Source: Candidatus Levybacteria bacterium RIFCSPLOWO2_01_FULL_39_10 (GTDB lineage: Bacteria; Patescibacteriota; Microgenomatia; Levybacterales; UBA12049). Taken from it: a stretch of DNA of 37,647 nt. Positions 26,676-35,990 of this stretch are shown here, piece after piece (within the stretch, counting starts at the first letter, position 1; each line of letters opens with the position of its first letter). The stretch spans positions 1 to 37,647 of the forward strand of contig MFOV01000008.1 of the NCBI GenBank assembly GCA_001782515.1, written 5' to 3'. Made by a program: the position numbers and the translations under genes. Below the pieces are notes generated by a model. That model saw only the letters and a program-made list of their open reading frames with translations, was not told the origin of the DNA and searched no databases.

Positions 26676-26704
26676 TTGACTTGCATGGAGTATTTTTGTA
26701 TAAT
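26676..26704 (+). promoter_or_regulatory. sigma70-type promoter of the wHTH-MORC operon
   Basis: TTGACT (26676)-17 nt-TATAAT (26699-26704); ATG at 26719. Confidence 0.75.
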
Positions 26705-26718
26705 TCGCGCACCAAAAT

Positions 26719-28476
26719 ATGGTAAAAGAAATTGAACAATTAAGGCAAATTCAGAATCAACGTGACATCTTTTCTTCTCTTGCAGATAAAAGAGAAAAGC
26801 AGCATTCTCAGCTCGGACAAAATCTCGGTCAAGTGGGTATTGAGCGTGATATTAGAATTGGTCAGGTAATGGAAAGAACGCTAAACCGCTGGCAAAGACT
26901 ATCTGAACAAACCGAAGCTCTCGACCAGAAGCTAAATGAGGAGAGCGTTAAAGTGAATGATCAGGTTCAAAAATTAAGAGAATTATCAGAAAGAAATCCA
27001 GTTATCGTTCCGATTGTTACGAGATATGAAGAAGAACTTGTCTCATTAGGTTTTAGAAATATTCCTGAAGTCAAACAAGCCAAACCTGAAAAACCAATTG
27101 AACCCCAACAAACCGAGGAAGTGAAACCTGTAAGGAAAAAAACAGTTGTTGGGAAAAAACCAGATAAAGTGGTAACAAAAGCTGTAAAAGGTGAAGAAGT
27201 CGAACTTCTTTCCGGACAGGAGGTTGTTATAAGTGGAAAGCTTAAATCTGAACTTTTAAAGGCAGTTGATGAAGGAATGTCATCCCCGGAAGGTCTCGCG
27301 GTTAGGATATACGGCGAAGATACACCAGCTAAAAGAAAGGCTTTAAACAAATTAATGAATGCTTTAAATAAGGATCTTTCAGATTTTAGACTCAGGGTAA
27401 TAAATCAGGTCCCACCAAGAGCACGGTTTCAGGGTGTTCAGGCCCGATACAATCTGAGAAGTATCGATGAGCCTCAGCTGCAAATAGCTCCTTGGGCAGA
27501 AGTTATTGAAGCTACGTTACCTAAAGAGCCTGAAGAAATTTTAGCAGAAGGAAGAAGAATTCGAATAGTACCTAAAGAAGAAATAGAAGAGCTTATGAAG
27601 GCGGAAAAACCTTCTGAAAGAAGAGGTTATATAAAAGATTCAGTAATTCTTGGTTTTTATGAGAGGAAACCAAGAAACGTAACACTTCCTAATGGACAAG
27701 TAATTGAAACTGATTCTGCCTGGCCTTATTACTTAGCTCAATTCATTGCAGATGGAACAAATAGTGTTGGTGAAATGGCTGAAAAAGTCTATGGAGAAGA
27801 CAATAAAAAAAATCGAGGAAGAGTAAATGCCGCAATTGCTGCAGCAAATAGAACAATTAAAAACAGTGGGTATAAATTTGCAAATATTACTAGTAGATCT
27901 GATAGCAATAGAGGAATACAATCAAAGTTTGAGTGGCATGACCCAAGTGGCAATGCGGTAATATTAAGGAAACATGAAGTAGTTTTACCTCCAAAAGTTC
28001 CAGATACAATAGCTGAGGTAATAGAAATCCCCTATACCCCATCAGAAGATGAAATAAGATCTGATGAGGAGACAAGGATAGTCATAGCACTAACCTCCAT
28101 GCTTAAAAATAGTTCAGTTATAGATTTTGCAGTACTGCAAAGACTTCTAAGGACCGAGGATAGAATTAAGACGCTACATAGGCAGAGAATGTATAGGCCG
28201 TATCAGGCAGACGAGTTAAGATCTCTGTTTGCCTCTGGGTTAAAAAAATTACAAGAAGAATCGCTCTCGCCCGTTTTAAGAAAATCTTGGACAGAAAATG
28301 ACGAGAAAGCATGGGTCAATATTCAGACACTTGTTGCAAGACTAGCAGGCGGTAACTTTGAAGAATTTATCAAAGAGATACAAAGACTGATAAATAGAGC
28401 GACAAGAGGATTTTATGAGCCTCATGATGGGAAGGCTGTTGAATGGATAAAGCTCCCACCGGGAAACGGAGAATAA
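26719..28476 (+). CDS. Coiled-coil + tandem winged-helix-like repeat protein
   Basis: N-terminal Q/E/L coiled coil; two internal repeats V.L..GQ...G..S...LA..IYGED....R...N....N (~27196-27460, ~27676-27940); wHTH call is inference. Confidence 0.7.
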   Translation: MVKEIEQLRQIQNQRDIFSSLADKREKQHSQLGQNLGQVGIERDIRIGQVMERTLNRWQRLSEQTEALDQKLNEESVKVNDQVQKLRELSERNPVIVPIVTRYEEELVSLGFRNIPEVKQAKPEKPIEPQQTEEVKPVRKKTVVGKKPDKVVTKAVKGEEVELLSGQEVVISGKLKSELLKAVDEGMSSPEGLAVRIYGEDTPAKRKALNKLMNALNKDLSDFRLRVINQVPPRARFQGVQARYNLRSIDEPQLQIAPWAEVIEATLPKEPEEILAEGRRIRIVPKEEIEELMKAEKPSERRGYIKDSVILGFYERKPRNVTLPNGQVIETDSAWPYYLAQFIADGTNSVGEMAEKVYGEDNKKNRGRVNAAIAAANRTIKNSGYKFANITSRSDSNRGIQSKFEWHDPSGNAVILRKHEVVLPPKVPDTIAEVIEIPYTPSEDEIRSDEETRIVIALTSMLKNSSVIDFAVLQRLLRTEDRIKTLHRQRMYRPYQADELRSLFASGLKKLQEESLSPVLRKSWTENDEKAWVNIQTLVARLAGGNFEEFIKEIQRLINRATRGFYEPHDGKAVEWIKLPPGNGE

Positions 28477-28477
28477 G

Positions 28478-30016
28478 ATGAGCCCAGAAAGAACAGCACA
28501 TCAAGGACAGCCACATGATTTAGTAATAAGAGAAGAAATTTCAACTCGTGCAATTGAAGCTCTTATGGCAAATTACAGAGATTCTCAGCAGGCGATTTTG
28601 GATCTTGTTGATAATGCAGTTGATAATAGAATCGAGGGCAAGCCATCTACAATAAGAATCAGGGTCTCAAAAGACGAAATAACAATTACAAATACAGGTG
28701 GCAAAGGTCTTAATTCAGAGGGATTAACAAATTATTTTAAGTGGGGTCATTCTGAAAAAACAGATGCTGAAATTGGTCAATTCGGTGTTGGCGGAAAAGC
28801 TGCAATGGGATTTTTAGGAAGGGGCATGGAAATAACTTGTTCTGCAGACGGTTCAGACACTGAATACCATGTTGAGGATATATCCTGGGAATCAAGATCT
28901 GAAGGATCGCTCAAAGAATTTACGCCGGAAGTTAAAAGAGCAGAATCTGAGGATGGTTATTTTAGAGTAAAAGTAACTGGTCTTAAGAGAGTAATAAATT
29001 CACAAGCGCTCGCAACAAAAATTGGTGATATTTATAGACCATTGCTTCTAGACAGATCAATAATAGCAACGGTAAATGGAAAACCTGTTGAACCAGTTAG
29101 CGTAAACTATGTTGAGGGTAATCCAGAACTAAAATCACAGAAGTATAAACTGGGTACGCGGTTTGGCGATGAAATCGAAGCGGAATTTGGAATACTCCAG
29201 CCAAATCAACGGGTTAAACCAGGAATCAGATGTTATTATAGGGGAAGGCTTATTGAAAGCGAACAATTTTTTGGTCACCCAGGACCTGCGCAGCTTGCCG
29301 GAAGCTCCCGCCTCATTGGCGAAGTACATTTAGACAATGTACCTGTAATACCAAATAAATCATCATTTATTCACAGTAGTTTGGAGTGGGAACAAGCATC
29401 AAGAGCAATACATAATGCCTTGAATCCATGGATGGAGAAAATAGAAAAATTAAGACCAGATTCAAGTGTTAACGTTGAAAGATATGAAAAAGATCTTGCA
29501 AGAAATGCTAAAAGAATTATAGAACATGTTCTTTCAGAATCTGGAATTATCACAAAAGCACTGCTTCCGGGCGGATCGATTGGACGTTTGCCTGCCGAAG
29601 ATCAAGAATCACCGAGACCAAATCCAAAAGGAACACATAAATCTCCAAAATCAATTGAGGGCAGAACTGCCCCTAAACTTCAAGCGCGAGGAGAAACAAA
29701 AAGATGGGGCGCAATGCATCAGGTGGATATAGTTTCTATGGGAAATGATCAAATCAGATCTGTTGTAATAGATGATGAAAAAACAAGAAGAAAGATTTTA
29801 ATAATCAACTCTGATTATCCACTGTACAAAGCGAATAAAAAATTGGGACCTGAGGCTCAAGAACTTTATATGGCTGAAACAATAGCTGCAGAAATATGCA
29901 GATTAGTTACAAAAGATAGATCAGTGGAGGATTATATTGAGATGGTTAACGAAATTATGGGAGATTGCGGAAGAATTATTGGTAGTAGAATAACACGAAG
30001 AAACGCAAGAAATTAA
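28478..30016 (+). CDS. MORC-like GHKL (HATPase_c_3-type) ATPase
   Basis: AILDLVDNAVD N-box, NTGGKGL, GQFGVGGK; S5-like GIRCYYRGRLI...LIGEVHLD...NKSSF; C-terminal IINSDYPLY. Confidence 0.85.
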   Translation: MSPERTAHQGQPHDLVIREEISTRAIEALMANYRDSQQAILDLVDNAVDNRIEGKPSTIRIRVSKDEITITNTGGKGLNSEGLTNYFKWGHSEKTDAEIGQFGVGGKAAMGFLGRGMEITCSADGSDTEYHVEDISWESRSEGSLKEFTPEVKRAESEDGYFRVKVTGLKRVINSQALATKIGDIYRPLLLDRSIIATVNGKPVEPVSVNYVEGNPELKSQKYKLGTRFGDEIEAEFGILQPNQRVKPGIRCYYRGRLIESEQFFGHPGPAQLAGSSRLIGEVHLDNVPVIPNKSSFIHSSLEWEQASRAIHNALNPWMEKIEKLRPDSSVNVERYEKDLARNAKRIIEHVLSESGIITKALLPGGSIGRLPAEDQESPRPNPKGTHKSPKSIEGRTAPKLQARGETKRWGAMHQVDIVSMGNDQIRSVVIDDEKTRRKILIINSDYPLYKANKKLGPEAQELYMAETIAAEICRLVTKDRSVEDYIEMVNEIMGDCGRIIGSRITRRNARN

Positions 30017-30017
30017 T

Positions 30018-31127
30018 TTATGGAAGAATTGATTCTCCTGATATTATTCTTAAAATATCTTTGTAAGAAATAAAGGCAAGAAAACTTAGGAGTAAAAATA
30101 TTCCAATCATGTGAGCATATGCTTCAAATTTTGGACTGACTTTTCGCCCAGTTACAGCCTCAATCATAATAAACAGCAATCGTCCGCCATCAAGTGCCGG
30201 AATCGGAAGAATATTAAGAACCGCAAGCGAGAGACTTAACATATAAACAAGCGCCAAAACCGCGTTTGGTCCAACTTGGACGAATTCCCCCGTAAGCTGT
30301 GCCATACCAATCGGACCTGCAACCCCTTCAGGTAATGTGAGTTTTGTAATAAGCGTTACCATCATGTCTTTAAAAGCAAATACAACTCGGGCGCTGTCCT
30401 CTCCTGCCTGCTTAAATCCATAAAATAAACTCTTCGGGAACGGATATTTCGCAACTTCGATGTTTTGAGAGATTGCGATTCCCATCGGCCCTTGATCTTT
30501 TGGAAATTCTTTTCTTGGCGTAACATTAATTATCTTAAGACTTCCTTCTCTTTGGACAACTATTGTTATTTCTTGTCCCAGATTTTTGCGGGTCTCAGAA
30601 ACTAGAGTTTCGGAATCAGTAATTTTAGTGCCGTTGATTTCTCGTATTAAATCGTCTTTTTTAAGCCCTGATATTTGGGCGGGAGTGTTAGCAACAATTT
30701 CTGTTACTCTAATATCCTGCCCGGGCGTTGGTATTCCCTCAAACGTCAAAAGATATGTTGCAATTACAACTGCCAGGAGAAAATTCATTACAACTCCGGC
30801 AACAACAACAATTGCCCTTTGGTATTTTGGTCGTGCAAAAAAAGCTCTATCCAAATCAGCTGATGGCTTATGGCTAATGGCTAATGGCTTAATTTTGCCT
30901 CCGCCTGCCTCATCTTCACCATAAAGCTTTACAAATCCGCCTATGGGAAGTGCATTTATCGAATAAATTGTTTCTCCCTTTTTTTTGCTCCAAATTCTGG
31001 GCGGGAAGCCAAAGCCGAATTCCTCAATTTTTATTCCGAATTTTCGAGCTGTCAGATAGTGACCAAGTTCGTGAATTAAAACAAGAATTGTAAGAATTAC
31101 TAAAAAGGTAAAGATGGTAAGTAGCAT
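30018..31127 (-). CDS. rseP: Site-2 (RIP) metalloprotease with PDZ domain
   Basis: HELGH, PIGGFV, AGVVMN, PDZ region, LNILPIPALDGGR. Confidence 0.95.
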   Translation of the reverse strand: MLLTIFTFLVILTILVLIHELGHYLTARKFGIKIEEFGFGFPPRIWSKKKGETIYSINALPIGGFVKLYGEDEAGGGKIKPLAISHKPSADLDRAFFARPKYQRAIVVVAGVVMNFLLAVVIATYLLTFEGIPTPGQDIRVTEIVANTPAQISGLKKDDLIREINGTKITDSETLVSETRKNLGQEITIVVQREGSLKIINVTPRKEFPKDQGPMGIAISQNIEVAKYPFPKSLFYGFKQAGEDSARVVFAFKDMMVTLITKLTLPEGVAGPIGMAQLTGEFVQVGPNAVLALVYMLSLSLAVLNILPIPALDGGRLLFIMIEAVTGRKVSPKFEAYAHMIGIFLLLSFLAFISYKDILRIISGESILP

Positions 31128-31131
31128 ATTT

Positions 31132-31250
31132 TCTAGACGATAGATTGTAGAAGGTAGATAGTAGAATCTTGAAGATAGAAGATTGAAGATCGATTCTATC
31201 TTCTACCGTCAACCCTCAAGCTACTATCATCTATTTTCTACCATCCATTG
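31132..31250. repeat. Opposed arrays of degenerate 7-bp repeats
   Basis: TAGACGA TAGATTG TAGAAGG TAGATAG TAGAATC... then complementary CTATCTT CTACCGT...CTACTAT CATCTAT TTTCTAC. Confidence 0.75.
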
Positions 31251-31256
31251 TCAAGT

Positions 31257-31808
31257 TTATATCTGCATGAGTTCTTCTTCTTTTTTCTTTCCGAGCGCGT
31301 CTATTTCGGCTATAAATTCGTCGGTTGCTTTTTGCACTTCTTTTTCAAGACGCTTACTCTCATCTTCAGATAAATTCTCTTTTTTAATATCAGCCATTGC
31401 TTCATGTCTTACTTGGCGAATCATTATATGGCCGTTTTCCAGTTTTTGATGCATCATATGAATCAGCTCTTGTCTTCTTTCTTCTGAAAGCGGAGGAATT
31501 GTAATTCTGATAACTTGTCCGTCTGAGGCGGGATTTAGTCCAGCTCCTCCCTCCATAATTCCTCGCCTTATCTCTTCAATTATTGACTGGTCAAAAGGAG
31601 TTAAAACTAAAGTTTGAGGATCTTGGGCAACAACTGTTGCAACTTCCATAACCCTTAGTTTTACTGTTCCGTTATAAACTGAAACTTGGATATTTTCAAC
31701 AAGCGAAGGGGCTGCTTTGCCCGTTCGGATTGTGGCAATATCAGAACGAAGAACTTCAACTGCCTTTCTCATTTTTTCACGAGTATCTGCTATTAAATTC
31801 GGATCCAT
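31257..31808 (-). CDS. frr: Ribosome recycling factor
   Basis: IRTGKA.P, GLNP..DG..IR..IPPLSEERR, KKEEELM. Confidence 0.96.
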   Translation of the reverse strand: MDPNLIADTREKMRKAVEVLRSDIATIRTGKAAPSLVENIQVSVYNGTVKLRVMEVATVVAQDPQTLVLTPFDQSIIEEIRRGIMEGGAGLNPASDGQVIRITIPPLSEERRQELIHMMHQKLENGHIMIRQVRHEAMADIKKENLSEDESKRLEKEVQKATDEFIAEIDALGKKKEEELMQI

Positions 31809-31819
31809 CTTCTTTTCTT

Positions 31820-31849
31820 ACACCCTCCGGGTGTCATAGGTTCACACCC
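31820..31849. repeat. Short repeat (family E) copy 2
   Basis: ACACCCTCCGGGTG-TCA-TAGGTTCACACCC between tsf and frr. Confidence 0.75.
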
Positions 31850-31870
31850 TTTCTTAAAAACTTTTAATCA

Positions 31871-32317
31871 TTAAAGTTCAAGTCTACTAAACTCACGAAC
31901 AACTATGTTCTCACCTAGTTTACCTATAGTTTGCTTAATTAATTGTTCGATTGTTAATGAACTATCGCGAATGTACTCTTGTCTTAGAAGTCCGTCAACA
32001 TCTTTTGGATTCATTGCTGAAACTTGAAGCGCTATTTCATGAGCCAGATTTTTGAATTCAGTTGTTCTTGCAACAAAATCAGTTTCACAAGTCACTATCA
32101 CCAAAACCCCTACTTTTCTCTGATGAACATAGCTTTCAACTATTCCCTGAAGCGTTTCGCGGTCTTGTTTTTTCTCAGCTTTTTCTATTCCTTTTTTCTT
32201 CAAAAACTCAAGCGCTTTACTGTAATTACCTTTTGCCTCATCAAGAACCTCTCTGCAATCCGCTATACTTGCGCTTGTTTCTTCTCTTAATTTTTTAATC
32301 TGGTCAATATCTGCCAT
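31871..32317 (-). CDS. tsf: Elongation factor Ts (short form)
   Basis: IKKLREET.A...DC, CETDFVA, LGENI.V..F.R; follows rpsB. Confidence 0.95.
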   Translation of the reverse strand: MADIDQIKKLREETSASIADCREVLDEAKGNYSKALEFLKKKGIEKAEKKQDRETLQGIVESYVHQRKVGVLVIVTCETDFVARTTEFKNLAHEIALQVSAMNPKDVDGLLRQEYIRDSSLTIEQLIKQTIGKLGENIVVREFSRLEL

Positions 32318-32356
32318 AATTCAAGTTTATAATTAAAAATTTAAAATTAAAAGTTT

Positions 32357-33193
32357 TTAATCTTTATTTTTGCTATTTGATTTTGGCTTATCGGTTGCTT
32401 TAATTTTACTATTGACCTTTGGTTTTTTTGAATTATCTGTTTTAGTTTCTTCTAATTTTTCACTTTTAACTTTTAACTTTAAACTATTTTTCCCCTCTAT
32501 CCATGCATCCATTATATAACCAATTATCAATTCGAGTGAGCCTGCGGCATCATCATTTGCGGGAATAGGATAGTCGATCAAAGTCGGGTCTGCATTGGTG
32601 TCGGTTATTGCAACTGTTGGAACGCCTGTTCTAATAGCTTCCTTAACTGCAATATCTTCAAGCCGGGAGTCAATGATGAATAAGAGGTCCGGCTTTTTAT
32701 TTAAAGCGTAAACTCCGCCGTACAATTTCTCAAGTTTATCTTTTTCTTTCTGCCACATTCTAACTTCTCGCTTTGTATATCCTTTTTGCTTCTGAGGATC
32801 GCTCAAATTTTCATTAAGTTCTTCCATTTTTTTAAAATTCTTAGAAACTTCAGCAAAATTTGTGAGAAGCCCTCCGACCCACCTGCTGGTTACGAAATAT
32901 ATACCTGGGTCTTCCTTTACTTCTTTTTTTGCTTTTTCAGCTGAGTTTTTTATAATATCGCTTGATTGTCTTTTTGTGCCGACTATAACTAAAGTGCTAT
33001 TTGGGGTCTGGGCAACTTTTTTAACGTACTTTCCTGCTTCCTCAAGTCCTTCTTTTGTTTTTGCAAGATCAATTATATGAATACCGTCCCTTGCTTCATA
33101 TATATAGTCACGGGCCTTAGGATTAGAACGCACAACCTGATGTCCAAAATGACAACCTGCTTCAAGAAGCTCTTCAAGTGAAATTGTGCGCAT
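32357..33193 (-). CDS. rpsB: 30S ribosomal protein S2
   Basis: LLEAGCHFGH, RW.GG.LTN, DTNADP, IPANDD. Confidence 0.98.
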   Translation of the reverse strand: MRTISLEELLEAGCHFGHQVVRSNPKARDYIYEARDGIHIIDLAKTKEGLEEAGKYVKKVAQTPNSTLVIVGTKRQSSDIIKNSAEKAKKEVKEDPGIYFVTSRWVGGLLTNFAEVSKNFKKMEELNENLSDPQKQKGYTKREVRMWQKEKDKLEKLYGGVYALNKKPDLLFIIDSRLEDIAVKEAIRTGVPTVAITDTNADPTLIDYPIPANDDAAGSLELIIGYIMDAWIEGKNSLKLKVKSEKLEETKTDNSKKPKVNSKIKATDKPKSNSKNKD

Positions 33194-33303
33194 ATATTAT
33201 GTCCCTTATCCCGTCTCGACTCGAGCCGAGGCGGACCGCCATTCAAACGAGGATTTAAAATCTCAGAGACAATTGTTTGAATGTGTGTGATCGGGCTATT
33301 ATA
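33194..33303 (-). promoter_or_regulatory. rpsB promoter and structured 5' leader (t44/S2-leader-like)
   Basis: TATAAT (33303-33298), then CACACACATTCAAAC...GTTTGAATG stem and a second hairpin before the ATG. Confidence 0.55.
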
Positions 33304-33327
33304 CAACAAGCATGGGTAAATTTTCAA

Positions 33328-33720
33328 TTATCTAAACTCTGGTCTAATATTTTGCCCCTTATTCATTGCAGTCCTTCCGAATCTAATTATTCTGTCTCTG
33401 TTTCTTCTCATAAAATTTATCCAATAAGGAGTTGCTTTTTGATCTGGGTTATCCAATATATTTCTTATAATTCTCTCTCTTCTTTTAGCAATTCTTGTTC
33501 CTTCTTCTCGTCCGATTCTTTCAACATCATTTGGCAAAACATCGACTAGAGACGAATCAAAGACGGTTTACGACGAGGCATTACCTTTTGATAGCTCTCC
33601 CCAGCTTAGGGTTTGATCATAATCATCAAGCATTTCCCTAGTTTCCCGATCGGTATACTGAAGTCTTCTTAGTCTCACTGTTGCCCTTTCCCTTCTGGGC
33701 GCTTCTATGCTGTATGACAT
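33328..33720 (-). pseudogene. Hypothetical gene interrupted by one in-frame TAA
   Basis: ATG 33720 (MSYSIEAPRRER...) is in frame with ORF 33328-33537; single stop at 33570-33568. Confidence 0.6.
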
Positions 33721-33732
33721 ATAATCTGAGCT

Positions 33733-35055
33733 TTAATAAATCGGAAATTTCTTGGTAAAGTTTTTTACTTCTTTGGCAATCAAAAGTAGGTTTTCGTTTT
33801 TTGCAGTTTTTTCTTTGAAAGTAACCCAGGATTTTTTGCGCTCTTCTTTATCTTTCGGAAGTTTTGTTCCTGATACTTCGTTAATGACCTGGTTAATCCA
33901 AAAAGCTATTTTTTTCATTTCCCGCTCGCGCATTCCCCGCGTTGTAATAGCCGGAGTTCCGAGCCTAATTCCTGATGGGTAAAACGGCGGCATGGGATCA
34001 TTCGGCACTGCATTTTTGTTAACTACTACTCCCGCAATTTCCAAAGCGTAAGCGGCTTGAGCCCCATTTATTTTTTTATTTGTCAGATCAATAAGTATCA
34101 GGTGGTTATCTGATCCGCCGCTTATTAAATCAAAATCGTAATTCTTAAGTTCAGGTGCAAGCGCGCGAGAATTGACAACAATCTGTTTTGCATATCGTCT
34201 GAACATTGCCCCTCCTGCCTCTTTTAAAGCAACTGCAATTGCGGCTGTTTGGTTGTCGTGCGGCCCTCCCTGAAGTCCTGGAAAAACTGCTTTGTCAATT
34301 TTCCCCGGCAAATCCTCGTCTTTGTTGAGACCCTTTTTTGTAACCATGATGATTGCACCCCGAGGACCCCTGAGAGTTTTATGAGTTGTTGTCATAATAA
34401 TATCAGCATATGGCACAGGACTCGGATGGACTCCGCCGACAACCAGTCCTGCAATGTGTGAAATATCGGCGAGAAGATACGCGTTAACCGCTTTTGCAAT
34501 TTCTGCGAATTTCTTAAAATCAATAATTCTAGGATATGCTGTTGCTCCGCATACAATTATTTTGGGCTTCTCACGCATTGCAATTTTTTTAATAGCACTG
34601 TAATCCAAGAATCCGTCGGGAGAAAGCGAGTACTCCGCAGTTTTAAAATATTTTCCGGATATTGAAACCTGTGCGCCGTGTGTTAAGTGTCCGCCGAACG
34701 CGAGGGATAATCCCATAATTTTATCTTTTAAAGGCTCAAGAAGCGCAAAATAAACAGCAAGATTTGCAGGAGACCCCGAGTAAGGCTGGACATTGGCAAA
34801 AGGCACATCGAAAAGTTTTTTTGCGCGCTCTTCAGCGAGTATTTCAACCGAATCAATGTAGCGATTCCCCTGATAATATCTTTTTTTAGGATATCCTTCT
34901 GAGTATTTGTTGTTAAGAGAAGTCCCCAAAGCTTCCAAAACTGCAGGAGATGCGTAATTTTCTGAGGGAATCATCTCAAGCACTTGTTGTTGTCTTTCAG
35001 TTTCTTTCTCGATCAATTTGTAAATCTGCTGATCAGTAATCTTAAGATTTCTCAT
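33733..35055 (-). CDS. glyA: Serine hydroxymethyltransferase
   Basis: IPSEN, NKYSEGYP, GGHLTHG, TTTHKTLRGPRG, SGIRLGTPA. Confidence 0.98.
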   Translation of the reverse strand: MRNLKITDQQIYKLIEKETERQQQVLEMIPSENYASPAVLEALGTSLNNKYSEGYPKKRYYQGNRYIDSVEILAEERAKKLFDVPFANVQPYSGSPANLAVYFALLEPLKDKIMGLSLAFGGHLTHGAQVSISGKYFKTAEYSLSPDGFLDYSAIKKIAMREKPKIIVCGATAYPRIIDFKKFAEIAKAVNAYLLADISHIAGLVVGGVHPSPVPYADIIMTTTHKTLRGPRGAIIMVTKKGLNKDEDLPGKIDKAVFPGLQGGPHDNQTAAIAVALKEAGGAMFRRYAKQIVVNSRALAPELKNYDFDLISGGSDNHLILIDLTNKKINGAQAAYALEIAGVVVNKNAVPNDPMPPFYPSGIRLGTPAITTRGMREREMKKIAFWINQVINEVSGTKLPKDKEERKKSWVTFKEKTAKNENLLLIAKEVKNFTKKFPIY

Positions 35056-35061
35056 AATTTT

Positions 35062-35096
35062 GCTTGTCCGCCGCAGTTTTTAGCGAAGGAGGAAGG
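35062..35096. repeat. Intergenic relative of the recR in-frame palindrome
   Basis: GCTTGTCCGCCGCAGTTTTTAGCGAAGGAGGAAGG vs recR GCTTGTCCGCCGGAGCCTTGGCGGAGGCGGAAGC. Confidence 0.75.
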
Positions 35097-35201
35097 TTCA
35101 TTGTTTTCAAAAAGTATATTAAATCGATTATGGCTTTGCAACAGCCAAATTCAGCCTCAATTGCTATTTATCCCACTTTAGCCTATAATTCTTAGCTCAA
35201 T

Positions 35202-35990
35202 ATGGTAGAAACACTTAGGCATACAGAAAAAACAGAAGCAGTAAGCTCGCCTGAAATTAAACCTGAATACGAATTGGTTAATGTAGGTACCATAGCAATA
35301 TTCGGCGAAGAAGGAGCTGGAAAATCAAATCTCTCAGAAGTACTTGCAAAAGCTTTAAATGCCAGGCTTTTACAAGGCGGTCAAATTGTACGAGAAGCAA
35401 CAGGTGGCACCCACGGGACAATTGGTTATCAGGAAAGACCTATTAGTGTTGATAAAAATTTTGACCAGCAGCAGATTGATATGATGCGCGAAGCAACCCC
35501 TGAAAATTCTCTCATAAATGAGTCAAGACTCTCAGGGCTTATGATAAGAATTAATCCTGATATAAAAGCTGTTGCAATTTGTGTAACTGCTCCTGCCAGA
35601 AAACGAATGTCTAGAATCAGGAAAAGAGCTTTAGAAGAATGGGAAACTAAAAAAGCACAAACATTTGAAGATTTTACAAACGATAAATTGTCTCAAGAAG
35701 AATTTGAATCTGAGGCTCAAAAATTGATAGATGAAAGAGGACAGCTTACTATAGCAAAGATCCACAAGGAAGAGAAAGAAAGAAGAGTGAAAGATATCTG
35801 GCAGTGGACCGAGGCTTGGCCTGTGCTTGAAGGCAAAGACCCGCTCAACCCCGGAACAGTTTTAAACGGTGAAAAATTATATGATTTTACTGTAAGTACA
35901 GGAAAAAGAACAAAAGCCGAGACTTTAGAATTTGTTATAAATAAATTGATTGAACTAGGATTTCTTAGGAAGATTCAATATGGCAGTTGA
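35202..35990 (+). CDS. P-loop NMP kinase, cytidylate-kinase-like (archaeal-type fold) with helical insertion
   Basis: GEEGAGKS Walker A, GGQIVR, D...D, ESRLSG, TAP...R..RI..R. Confidence 0.7.
   Translation: MVETLRHTEKTEAVSSPEIKPEYELVNVGTIAIFGEEGAGKSNLSEVLAKALNARLLQGGQIVREATGGTHGTIGYQERPISVDKNFDQQQIDMMREATPENSLINESRLSGLMIRINPDIKAVAICVTAPARKRMSRIRKRALEEWETKKAQTFEDFTNDKLSQEEFESEAQKLIDERGQLTIAKIHKEEKERRVKDIWQWTEAWPVLEGKDPLNPGTVLNGEKLYDFTVSTGKRTKAETLEFVINKLIELGFLRKIQYGS

Noticed and set aside
274..35181. Short ORFs overlapping or antisense to called genes (e.g. 274-531, 2407-2604, 6248-6433, 10002-10244, 11813-12106, 13767-14090, 18440-18820, 26967-27350, 30586-30924, 31024-31212, 33073-33327)
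   Set aside because: Shadow ORFs of well-supported genes or translations of repeat tracts; no motifs or expression signals.
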